From Macrostomum lignano (Eukaryota): 64,000 bases of DNA. The stretch spans positions 11,739 through 75,738 of the forward strand of contig NIVC01001815.1 in assembly GCA_002269645.1 (NCBI GenBank). Direction: 5' to 3'. The notes under the pieces are model-generated. The model saw only the letters and a list, made by a program, of their open reading frames with translations. It searched no databases and was not told the DNA's origin. Positions 12,601 to 26,631 of the stretch are shown here, one piece after another. A program made the position numbers and the translations under genes. Position 1 is the stretch's first letter, and every line of letters starts with the position of its first letter.

Positions 12601-14665
12601 ATGGCTGCACTGCTGAATGCCAAGTCCTGGGTGAGGCTGCTCGCCCTGCTGCTGGCCGCCTGCCACCTGTGCGAGCTCTGCTTTGTTGCCAACTGCCCAC
12701 CTGGTGGCAAGAAGCGAAGCTTTCCCGGTGAGTGAAACTAGTGAGTGAAACTAGTGAGTGAAACTAGGAAGTGAAACTAGTGAGTAGAACTAGTGAGTGA
12801 AACTAGTGAGTGAGTGAAACTAGTGAGTGAAACTAGTGAGTGAAACTAGTGAGTGAAACTAGTGAGTGAAACTAGTGAGTGAAACTAGTGAGTGAAACTA
12901 GTGAGTGAATCTAGTATATGAAACTAGTGAGTGAAACTAGTGAATCTAGTGAGTGAAATTAGTGAGTGAATCTAGTATATGAAACTAGTGAGTGAAACTA
13001 GTGAAACTAGTGAGTGAAACTAGTGAGTGAATCTAGTATATGAAACTAGTGAGTGAAACTAGTGAATCTAGTGAGTGAAATTAGTGAGTGAGTGAAACTA
13101 GTGAGTGAATCTAGTAAATGAAACTAGTGAGTGAATCTAGTGAGTGAGTGAAACTAGTGAGTGAATCTAGTGAGTGAGTGAAACTAGTGAGTGAATCTAG
13201 TGAGTGAGTGAAGCTAGTGAGTGAAACTAGTAAGAGCTAATTTGTACAAACTGTCAAGCTAAACAAAAGCGTTGAAGTTCTGGTGCTTTGTCTTTCTTGC
13301 CCTCCGTGATACAGAAGAGTGAAAATGAAATTAATTAGCCAGTGAATATCCCAGACAGCAGTCAAACATTCTCGCCCTCAATCCCAGTCTGCTTGAATCC
13401 ACATCAGGTGGAAATCACGGTTGCCTCATTCAAGCCTTAGCAGCCATTAATTTGATCGGGTTTCTTTCTCTCCGCAAGGGTTGAAAGTGTCGTGACCTCG
13501 TGTGGCAGGTGAAAATTTTTCCGATAGCTCGTGTAACTACAGAGCAATGATCAAACTTGATGACAAAAGATAGGCGCTGACGAATGCTTACAATTGCGCG
13601 GGCAGAGAAGTTCAGTGCTAGACGCGTCCGATTTTTGCGCCACGACACCTGGTTATGTGCTCAAACACATTCATTTGAGGCTTGTGTGCGCGAAACTTGG
13701 CCTTGGGGATGTCGTGCGATCAACACTCATGAGGGCCAGCTTCCAGGGCACAAACAGTGTACATGCCTGACGATTAGAAAGTCAGGGCCGCTGTACACCC
13801 TGTGTGAGCGTGTGTGCCTGCGTACAGTATTGACGCGTTCAGGAGTCAGCGGAATGAGCAGAATGTGGGAGGATGCGACGGTGAACCATAGCCCCCAAGT
13901 AAACTCCGAAACAACATTGAAAAGTCGCGCCACCCTTTGCCCCAGTGAGCAGTGTCTTTCGACCAGCATCTTTCACCTGGCCAACCATTCTGATATTAAT
14001 GCTTGAAAAAAAGTGAAAACCGGGTGGAAGCTTCAATCCATCCAATCTTCGTCCTTCGCTCTTCCCAATCCCTCGTCACTCAAAAGTCAATACCGAGCTA
14101 GAAGTTACTCCACACTCTCAAAGGTGGCGACTTTTTAATGCTGTGGAGTATACTCATTGGTAGACAAACAACTGTACACGCACGAATTTCACTCGCACGA
14201 CAGGCAAGCAGTTGAGCGCCTGCAAACCATCCTGCGGATCCGGCAAAGGCGTCTGCCTCGGTCGCAGCCTCTGCTGCGGCAACTTCGGCTGCATCGTGGG
14301 AAATGCGGCCAGGAAGGACTGCGCGGGAGCCGACGAGATGCGCGCCTTTCTCGGCCGGCTGACTTGTCGGCGCAGTCTGCCGCGGTGCACTTTGGAGCGC
14401 GGCGGCCGCTGCTCCGCTCCTGGCGTCTGCTGCGACCTTGGTGCGTTGATAACCGGGGCTGAGTGCCGTGTGCACTGGCTTTGGTTTTGTTCGTGATTAG
14501 TCTTAGTCCATTTCGCAAACTGTCATTGCACATTGCTCAGTAGTTTATACACAGCCCGAAGTCCTCTGAATAGTCTACGTTGGTTAAACAATTGCAGACT
14601 CGTGTCGCGCAGCCAAGGAGTGCAACGAATTCCGCTGGGGCAGGTCTACAGACGGTTCCGCTTGA
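12601..14665 (+). CDS. Oxytocin/vasopressin-family neuropeptide-neurophysin precursor, 143 aa, exons 12601-12727, 14204-14440, 14598-14665
   Basis: MAALLNAKSWVRLLALLLAACHLCEL-CFVANCPPG-GKKR-SFP/GKQLSACKPSCGSGKGVCLGRSLCCGNFGCIVGNAARKDCAGADEMRAFLGRLTCRRSLPRCTLERGGRCSAPGVCCDL/DSCRAAKECNEFRWGRSTDGSA*. It has a signal-like N-terminus, a C1-C6 nonapeptide with amide-donor Gly and basic site, and 14 neurophysin Cys. Both introns are GT-AG, phase 1. AATAAA near 14795. Confidence 0.95.
12728..13231. repeat. 13-bp minisatellite starting exactly at the 5' splice site of intron 1 of the neuropeptide gene
   Basis: Unit GTGAGTGAAACTA, roughly 35-40 copies with variants. Confidence 0.95.
13700..13830 (+). 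mobile_element. Diverged SINE-family fragment in intron 1 of the neuropeptide gene
   Basis: TCGTGCGATCAACACTCATGAGGGCCAGC...GTGTACATGCCTGACGATTAGAAAGTCAGGGCCGCTGTACACCCTGTGTGAGCGTGTGTGCCTGCGTAC matches the SINE body in sense orientation. Confidence 0.7.
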
Positions 14666-14934
14666 GCGATGATGAAGGCTGCCGTTCGAACTTTAAAGCT
14701 GCTGGAGGATTGTTTTTTACTGTCCTTAATAAAACCAATGGCTTAATTCGAACAAATAATAATTTGCCAATCATCAACTCGATCTGTCAGGCCTAATAAA
14801 TAAAACCAAATTGATGTCACCTCCATGACTGACTGGCCATTGCCAGCGATTCCAGCAGATAAAGGCTGTTGATATTCAGCTGTTTTGGGTTTCTTTACAA
14901 TGTTTGCTCATTGATATATCCATACTTACAGGGG

Positions 14935-15785
<851 letters not shown>

Positions 15786-15995
15786 TTCATTAGAATTGGT
15801 TCAAAGCTGCAGAAATTTAATAATTTTCAGAAATTTTTCATTTCCGGACAGTGGAAAAGCATCAATTTTGTTTTATTTAACGATTGTAATAAATTTTCTG
15901 GTGAGAAAAGCGGACATGCTTAACATGCGTTTTGATTGCAGACTTTCCATATATGGTCTGATCTATGACTAATATTCTGGGGTCTTTTGTATGCT

Positions 15996-16375
15996 TTCGA
16001 TAAAGTTATCGATTCCTGTAGCAGAGAAAACAAATTGAACATTCTGGAGGCGATGTACATCAAGGCTCAGAAACCAAATTTGAACAGCCAGTTAGCCATG
16101 GGGGTGCAAGCCGCCAGCTCAAATGTGTTTTAGCTAGGTTGGCAGTCTCGTTGAACTTTATTCAGGTTTTCTTTCTCTTGTTAACGAGACTGGACTGAAA
16201 TTGATTTGCACATGACATTTTACAGTTTTCATTTCTTAAAATAAAGTATTTTTATAACATGGTTCTGTGTGATTAATTGACGTGTCTGCCCTGAAGATGA
16301 CCGATTGTGGTCGAAATGCATTGGCAAAAGTCTAAGAAACAAAAATGTTGATTTTGAGTTTTCTCTACTACTAAC
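15996..16375 (+). mobile_element. 5'-truncated Penelope-like retroelement (GIY-YIG C-terminus plus 3' region)
   Basis: 15996-16133 translates FDKVIDSCSRENKLNILEAMYIKAQKPNLNSQLAMGVQAASSNVF*, fitting the ILEA-x-YI-x3-KP-x-LN-x-Q end of Penelope endonucleases; followed by a hammerhead-like motif. Confidence 0.75.
16285..16328 (+). ncRNA. Minimal type-I hammerhead ribozyme motif
   Basis: TGCC-CTGAAGA-T-GACC(GATTGT)GGTC-GAAA-TGCA-TT-GGCA: core, stem II, 1-bp stem III with palindromic tetraloop, UH site and 4-bp stem I. Confidence 0.65.
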
Positions 16376-16908
16376 ACTGACAGCTAAGGTTAAAGACAGA
16401 CGGACGCGATTGTAAATAATCGATTTAACATAAGGGAAAAATTTTAAAGAAACGCAAAACGTTGCAATTTATTTCTGCCGTTTTTCATTTTTTCAATTAA
16501 TACAATTTTGTATAAGCCATTTAAATAGTTGATACAAAAAACTGCTAAAAACACACTGGGAACGCACACTTGCAACAGACACGGTTTAACCACACAACTA
16601 TTTGTCTAACTGATCCCTACAAAGTAGCGGCACTAAGTTTTAATTCGAATTTGGAGTTGTGGGACTAGATAATCCAAATCTGCAGCCTAGCGAATAAAAT
16701 CATTTGCCGAGGACTTTAACAATGGCACAAATAGAAAAAAACACACTGGGAACGCACACTAGCAACAGACATAAATAGCAAATAAAAATTTAGCAAATAT
16801 AATAGCGAAAAACGTTCACGATGTCGTCACCAATGTATCATTTTCTTTCTCAAAAATCTTGAAAAAACATTGTTAATGTCTCACAAAAATGGTAAAAAAA
16901 CTGCTTGC

Positions 16909-18277
16909 CTTTAGAGTTCTTAGGATGCGATTTAGCTTCCTGGACTTCCAGTTCATTTAAATGCCTACTAATCAGATGGCGAGGCAGCTTCGAAAAAAGT
17001 TCGCCACAAAATAAACAGCTGTGCTTCTTTTTATCAGGAGATACTCGAGCGTGACGCCGAAGAAGATCGTATTCCTCACATTCTTCCCAAATGACTTCAG
17101 AATCATCATCTTCATCCACATCATTCGAACCTTCTTCACCACGATGCTTCAACTTTTCTTTTTGCTATTCATCATAAGTATCAGCAATACTTTGCATTGC
17201 CGGGTGCAGATCACTATCAAGCTCGCTCATTTCCACTGAGTCGACGTCCAAAGACAATGCATCTGGGTCAAAAGCTTCAGCAAAATCGTCACCGATAAAA
17301 ACAGAGTTGTTCTCTTGAAAACTGGACGTAGGACTGGCCAAGCAACGTTGCTTTGGCATACTGCCCGAGTCCTGCTGTTGGGTGCGCATAAGGAAAGTAC
17401 ATCACTGACAGAACAAAAGCTCCAATCGAAAACGGACACCTTTCTAAGCTTGCTAGACTCGTCTGTCTGTTGGTGTCACGGTGTGTTAGCTGGACCCCAG
17501 ATCGGGGCACCATCTTAAACTGACTGCGTCTGTCTGTTGGTGTCACGGTGTGTTAGCTGGACCCTAATCAATTACTGACTGTTTACTTTGAAGTATGAAG
17601 CGTAGAAGAAAGTGGTTGTAGTAGTTCAGCTGTTTAGTTCATCTAAAGCTAATCATTTTGTACTTTAGAGGAATTTCGAATCAAAGAAAAACATAAAGGA
17701 GAATTGTGTCCACAATATTTGTTCATAGTTTAAGTAAAGCGCAAAATCAAAAATTTTAATAACACGTTACAACAAAACTTACTGACTTGATGGAAAGCAC
17801 TTGCCTGAAATGTATAAAATAATGTAATACTGTATAAGTTGTTGATGCAAATGTGCTATTGTTTGCTATTGATATTGACTGTACAGTATAGCTTACCGCA
17901 CTCAGAGTGCAGAGCCTTGACGATGTTCTCGGGGATATTTTTTTCGGCTCCCATGTGTTTTCACTCCTACAAAGCATGTTAAAAATGAAAAGCAGTAAAG
18001 CCTTAAATTTTTTACAAGTTAAGTAAAATTATTATTTAGAGGTAATTCTTTTTTGAAAATTTTCTTACCTGGGATAGTCAGTCCACTTTATAAAAAACTT
18101 CTTTTTGCAGCACTTCTCAATCCTTTCGACGTAAAATATTTTCGGCCGTTTTTTACAGGATATTCTTCCTATACTTGCAGTTGCAATTGCAACGGGGCCT
18201 AATATTGCAACGGGTCTGGGTTTCAATGGACCTGATTGCGAGGCTTCTATAGGCAAGCAACACCACGCCAATTTCAT
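16909..18277 (-). pseudogene. Decayed spliced gene or transposon ORF: chromodomain, acidic linker and CxxC..RHL..H zinc-binding motif
   Basis: Exon ending at 18069 (FYVERIEKCCKKKFFIKWTDYPR) splices to 17966-17897 (SENTWEPKK, then after a 1-bp shift NIPENIVKAL), giving a chromodomain. 17389-16909 reads acidic sequence with an in-frame TAG at 17167-17165, then KKHSCLFCGELFSKLPRHLISRHLNELEVQEAKSHPKNSK. Confidence 0.6.
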
Positions 18278-19680
18278 TAGACATTGGTTAGCGAGATTCT
18301 GTGGCTGGCAAATGTACAGTGCCCATTGAGATACCCCACTGGTTGGCCAGTGTCTATTCGCACTGTACAGTCTTGAAACAGAAAATTCTAGAATTCTTGT
18401 CTCCCGACATCAGCTGTTTTAATAAAAAGCAAACAACTAGTGTACATTGCTGTGTACAATGAGACAAGCAGTCATGCTAAAATAAGGGGGTAGAGATTAG
18501 TCTGTGCTACAGGACATCGTTTTAGGGAAACCACTGGAGGCCGCTATCTTTCAAGGAGTGTGAGGCTCCTTTAAGCATAATAGCGGCTCACTTAGTCCAA
18601 TCACACGATGTACTCTGGATTTTCCGTCCAATGAATTTGGTTAAAGGCACTTAAATGTTCGGATAAGCTACGACTTTCAAAGATAGCGATACAAATATGG
18701 CTTTCGTTTTGGCTTTGACATAATAAGATACAGGTATATAGCTCGTACGAAACAGCCTGTTATCAATCATTACTTCATAGTGTGTGATTGTGTAAATACA
18801 TCATTCCCTGCAGCACAGGTGGCCAGTTGCATCACTTACAATTGCGATCTTAGAAGAATTTTTAGTAGCTCAAGGTGGAGAGGAGACTCAATGCTGTGAT
18901 GCAATATCGTGATTTTTTATAAAAATTGTTTCGAAATTAATAGCATATAATAGTTCCGTCTGTCGTCCAAGCCCCAAATCCATTATACATATTGTTGCTT
19001 ACAAAATTTGTTATTTTATCGCAAAACAACGCTTTCACGATTACAACAAATCGACAAATTTAGCTATGTGGCGGCCAGACTACGCGACCGGCAGCACCAG
19101 TGCAGCCGCACTGGAAACCCCCCCCCCCGCCAACCTCTGTCTAGCTGAGGTGGGGTGGTGGCGCACCGTGCCAGCCGGCTCGCTAAGCCAGGAAGGAGGG
19201 TTTGCGTAGCCAATCACGCCACGCCACATGTGCGCACCTCCCTAGGCCCCTCAATAATCTCGCGCTGTTTGTAATATAAATATACGCGCAAAGCAGCGCA
19301 AAATCTTCGCTGCCATTCCATCTATTGAAACTAAAAGGCCTTCCGCCTCAGCTACCAATTTACCTAACAGACACAAAACAAACACCAAACAGACAGTTTT
19401 TGAAAATGGGTCATGTGAAATTTCGATTTACGTGGACCTCGAAAATCGGTTTAGGTGGACCGAGTAAAAGGTCCAGGTAAACTGAAACCGTTGTAACTTG
19501 GAACCAAAAGAACTTCGAGTGAGCAACTTTAGGGACCACGATCGTTTTCTGGTAGACTCCATCATAGGTCTATGTAAAACATCTTTAACCTTTCATGTAG
19601 AAATATATATGGTGGTCCACGTAAGGGGTCCAGTTAAAACGGGTCGTCCATGGAAAAATACTGACGAAAGGTCCAAGTAA

Positions 19681-19992
<312 letters not shown>

Positions 19993-20547
19993 TTCATTAG
20001 AATTGGTTCAAAGCTGCAGAAATTTAATAATTTTCAGAAATTTTTCATTTCCGGACAGTGGAAAAGCATCAGTTTTGTTTTATTTAACGATTGTAATAAA
20101 TTTTCTGGTGATAAAAGCGGACATGCTTAACATGCGTTTTGATTGCAGACTTTCCATATATGGTCTGATCTATGACTAATATTCTGGGGCTTTTGTATGC
20201 TGCTGCTGGTGACTGAGAATTACGACGGAAATGAAAAAATCCTAGATTTTATTCAAAATTCTCGCTGAATTCGAAAGCCAGAAAAACTTGACGGCCAATT
20301 TGCTGAATGCAGTGATTGACAATAAATTGGTTTTATTTCTGCTGTGTCAGCAACAAAAACTATACGAGTACGAGTATAGTTTCCCCGCACAGCGGATCAT
20401 ATCTGCGATGCTTTACAGTATGCCTCAGAAGGACCCTTTAGTGGGTGAGGTGATCTTATAAACAGGTAACTTTTTCCTGTTACTGCTCCAACGTTTATAG
20501 AGCGCTCTCAGCCTCGGACTATTTGAATGGCAACAAATATTTCTTGA

Positions 20548-21095
20548 CTTAAAGCCATAGACAATTGCAACTCATTCTAGGCTCAAAGCCATAGACAATT
20601 GCAACTCATTCTAGGCTTAAAGCCATAGACAATTGCAACTCATTCTAGGCTTAAAGCCATAGAAAATTGCAACTCATTCTAGGCTTAAAGCCATAGACAA
20701 TTGCAACTCATTCTAGGCTTAAAGCCATAGACAATTGCAACTCATTCTAGGCATAAAGCCATAGACAATTGCAACTCATTCTAGGCTTAAAGCCATAGAC
20801 AATTGCAACTCATTCTAGGCTTAAAGCCATAGACAATTGCAACTCATTCTAGGCATAAAGCCATAGACAATTGCAACTCATTCTAGGCTTAAAGCCATAG
20901 ACAATTGCAACTCATTCTAGGCATAAAGCCATAGACAATTGCAACTCATTCTAGGCTTAAAGCCATAGGCAATTGCAACTCATTCTAGGCTTAAAGCCAT
21001 AGACAATTGCAATTCATTCCCGGATTAAAGCCATAGACAATCGCAAATCATTCCCGGATTAAAGCCATGGACAATTGCAAATCATTCCCGGCTCA
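20548..21095. repeat. 34-bp minisatellite, about 16 copies
   Basis: Unit TTAAAGCCATAGACAATTGCAACTCATTCTAGGC; no spacers. Confidence 0.96.
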
Positions 21096-21505
21096 TGAAA
21101 TCAATAACGATCGTAAAGGAGCTTCTTTACTTTTTGATTCGCGGTAATTAATCTATGGAAAATGGATGAAGTCACTCCTGGTAAAATTTCAATAAACTTT
21201 TTCCTAATCCTGTCTCTCACTGAGCACGGGCTGGGGGCGTTTTATTGAGCTGTGAGTACGTTGAAGCAGTAGCAGAAAATTTTGTACCTTTTATTAGGTC
21301 ACAAATTATAGTGATAGTGCGAGCATATTGTAGCTAAACTTAAACAGGCTAGCTAAAGCATATCAATGTTCTGCAGAAATAACGTTCTGCTTCTACTTCA
21401 ACAGCGAAGCAGTTCTCGAGCGTATGAATGAAATTAACATGCACAGAATACTACTAGACAGTAGATTTGGAGGTCAGGACGCGAATTCAAATAGCGGAAT
21501 TAACC

Positions 21506-24196
<2,691 letters not shown>

Positions 24197-24764
24197 GCTG
24201 CAGTTTCAGTTGGTCAAAATTCTATTTTGAAAGACGACCTCGAGACTCGAGCAACAAACCTGTAATAAAACTATTTAATTTTTAGAAGTTAAAGATGATA
24301 ACATACTCATTGAATGTCACAAAGTATTTTTATCTATTTATTTTATACAAACAAAAAGCGATTTTAGTACGTAAGTAATAACTTATCCGTTAGGTTTTTT
24401 GGATCCAAAATAAGTACGTCTTTTTATTTGTTTAAGTTTAAAACTTTCGGCTTCTTAGCGATAATGTGATAACTTTTACGAATTGTACAGGATAAATCGT
24501 AACTCGAAAAAGACTATAAGGAATGCGAAATAAGACGTTTTAATTTTGATCCTATGGATAAACTTTGTTTCTGAGCATATATGCTTGGTCTCTACCTAAT
24601 TAAACCTTCTTTTGATGTACATGCAGTATGCAGTACTCTTACATGTACACATGTAACTCAAAACACGTATTATATATATGCCATTGATCTGGTGTTGCAT
24701 CGAATAGTTGTATAAGTTCATTTTTGCATATGTGATTGACACAAAGCTGCAACTTGGTCCATGA

Positions 24765-24875
24765 GAATTGCCCACACAGACGAATTGCCCGTCGAGATTT
24801 GCCCGCAGTGCAATTTGCCCGCGAGCGATCGAATTGCACGCCAAGTTTTTTTCCCGCCGAGGTTTTCCCGGGCAA
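24765..24875. repeat. Degenerate relative of the TTTGCCCG subrepeat family
   Basis: GAATTGCCCGTCGAGATTTGCCCGCAG...TTTGCCCGCGAG...TTTTTCCCGCCG resembles the 14-bp arrays at 9.7-11.2 kb. Confidence 0.5.
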
Positions 24876-26415
24876 AGCATTGTGCAGTGGGCCCCCACAA
24901 TGCTTTTTAATTTCCTGCAGCGTATTTAGCCACGCGCGGCAGATTTTGTCTCCATTGCCTCCCCTGCAATGCTTAGTGAGTCTTAATAAAGAGATCTACC
25001 CGATCAAAACATTTTGATAGTAACTGCGCATATCAAATTTATATTTTTCTTGTACGAGCTAGGTAATATTCATGATCAGTTCTATATACATGCAAGGGGT
25101 ATACATGCATGGCGGTAAGCTATTAGTTCATGCATGTGTTGTGTCGCTTTAGTACATTTACATGCAAATACTCGTTATGTACAACGCGTACATGCTAGTC
25201 ACAAGCTTCAAATCAAGCTGGACCACTGTAGTATAAGAGGGCATAAAACTAATATATCGTGTACAATGCATGTAATTTATAGAAGGCCAACAATTTTCTA
25301 GGGAAAAGGTGCACGTTGTTTTTGCATCACAAAGTCTTTTGATTGCATTTGATCTGGAGTATGCAACAAATTTAATTCTAATATACTCGTACTGGCACTT
25401 AAAGAAGGAACAAAACAAAAAATTCATTTGTGAGCATTTGCAACTTTGGCATGGGCTTGTGAAATAAAAAGAAAGTAATATGAAAAACAACTTTCACTAC
25501 ACAACTATATGTATACAAATTGCAATTCAGAGTAACATGTTGCACATGTACATGCTAAATTAAAGAAATGGCAAACTTCACTTCCTGAGAGTGAGGCTTG
25601 TGTCTCATGTGCTTGACTGCCAACCACAATAAATTCTTTATTCAATTCGACAACAAGGACAACTTATATAAGTAATATATGTTACTTGAGTAGTCCTTAA
25701 TCGACAAACGATCGATCGCCTATATAATGTCGCCTATATCGCTATATATATGATCGCCTATATATGATCGCCTATATAAGGGACGATATAATGTACATTA
25801 TATAATGTGTATGCATTAGTTCAGTTCTATTTAGAAGACGTCCCTAACTAATGTCGCAAATAACGACTCAAGAATTGACATTTGACATTGACATTTGAGC
25901 TGTCAAACTTTTTTAACCTGTACAGCAATTCGACGTCGGATTGTCTCTAGCTATCGACGTTGCTGACCAATATGTACTTTTACAATACATCGACGGATAA
26001 CGACGTTCGTACGTCTCAATTAAATCTCATATTATATATTCACGTAGGAATTCAAGTCTGGTCGCTTCACAAGCTGAAATGAAATATTTACATATACGTA
26101 AGTCTCTAATCTCTAGATTAGTATGAACCAAATTTTATGTGTAGTTTCGAAATTATTTTAAAGCTTATAAAAGGGGGTTATTCATTTTTAATACCCATGC
26201 AAACATGTCGCATCCAAAGTAGCTTCTTGTGACTGTTTCTATTTCTATGGTTTCTATGATCGAGTCTAAAATAAACTAGGTCTGTATGACCGGGAAATTA
26301 TTTAGTAGGTCTTTATGATGACGGGAATAAACTGGATTGCTCTATGTAGAATGTAGTTCTGTCATGGCCGAAATGATCTACATGTCGGTCTATATAATGT
26401 AACTGGAATTAACTA

Positions 26416-26631
<216 letters not shown>

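Noticed and set aside
19097-19114. Perfect hairpin CCAGTGC-AGCC-GCACTGG as a Helitron 3' end
   Set aside because: The spacing to CTAG and the following base do not fit, and no 5' TC end or second copy was found.
20548-21095. CRISPR-like appearance of the 32-, 34- and 44-bp arrays
   Set aside because: The units are head-to-tail with no unique spacers, there are no cas genes, and the context is eukaryotic.
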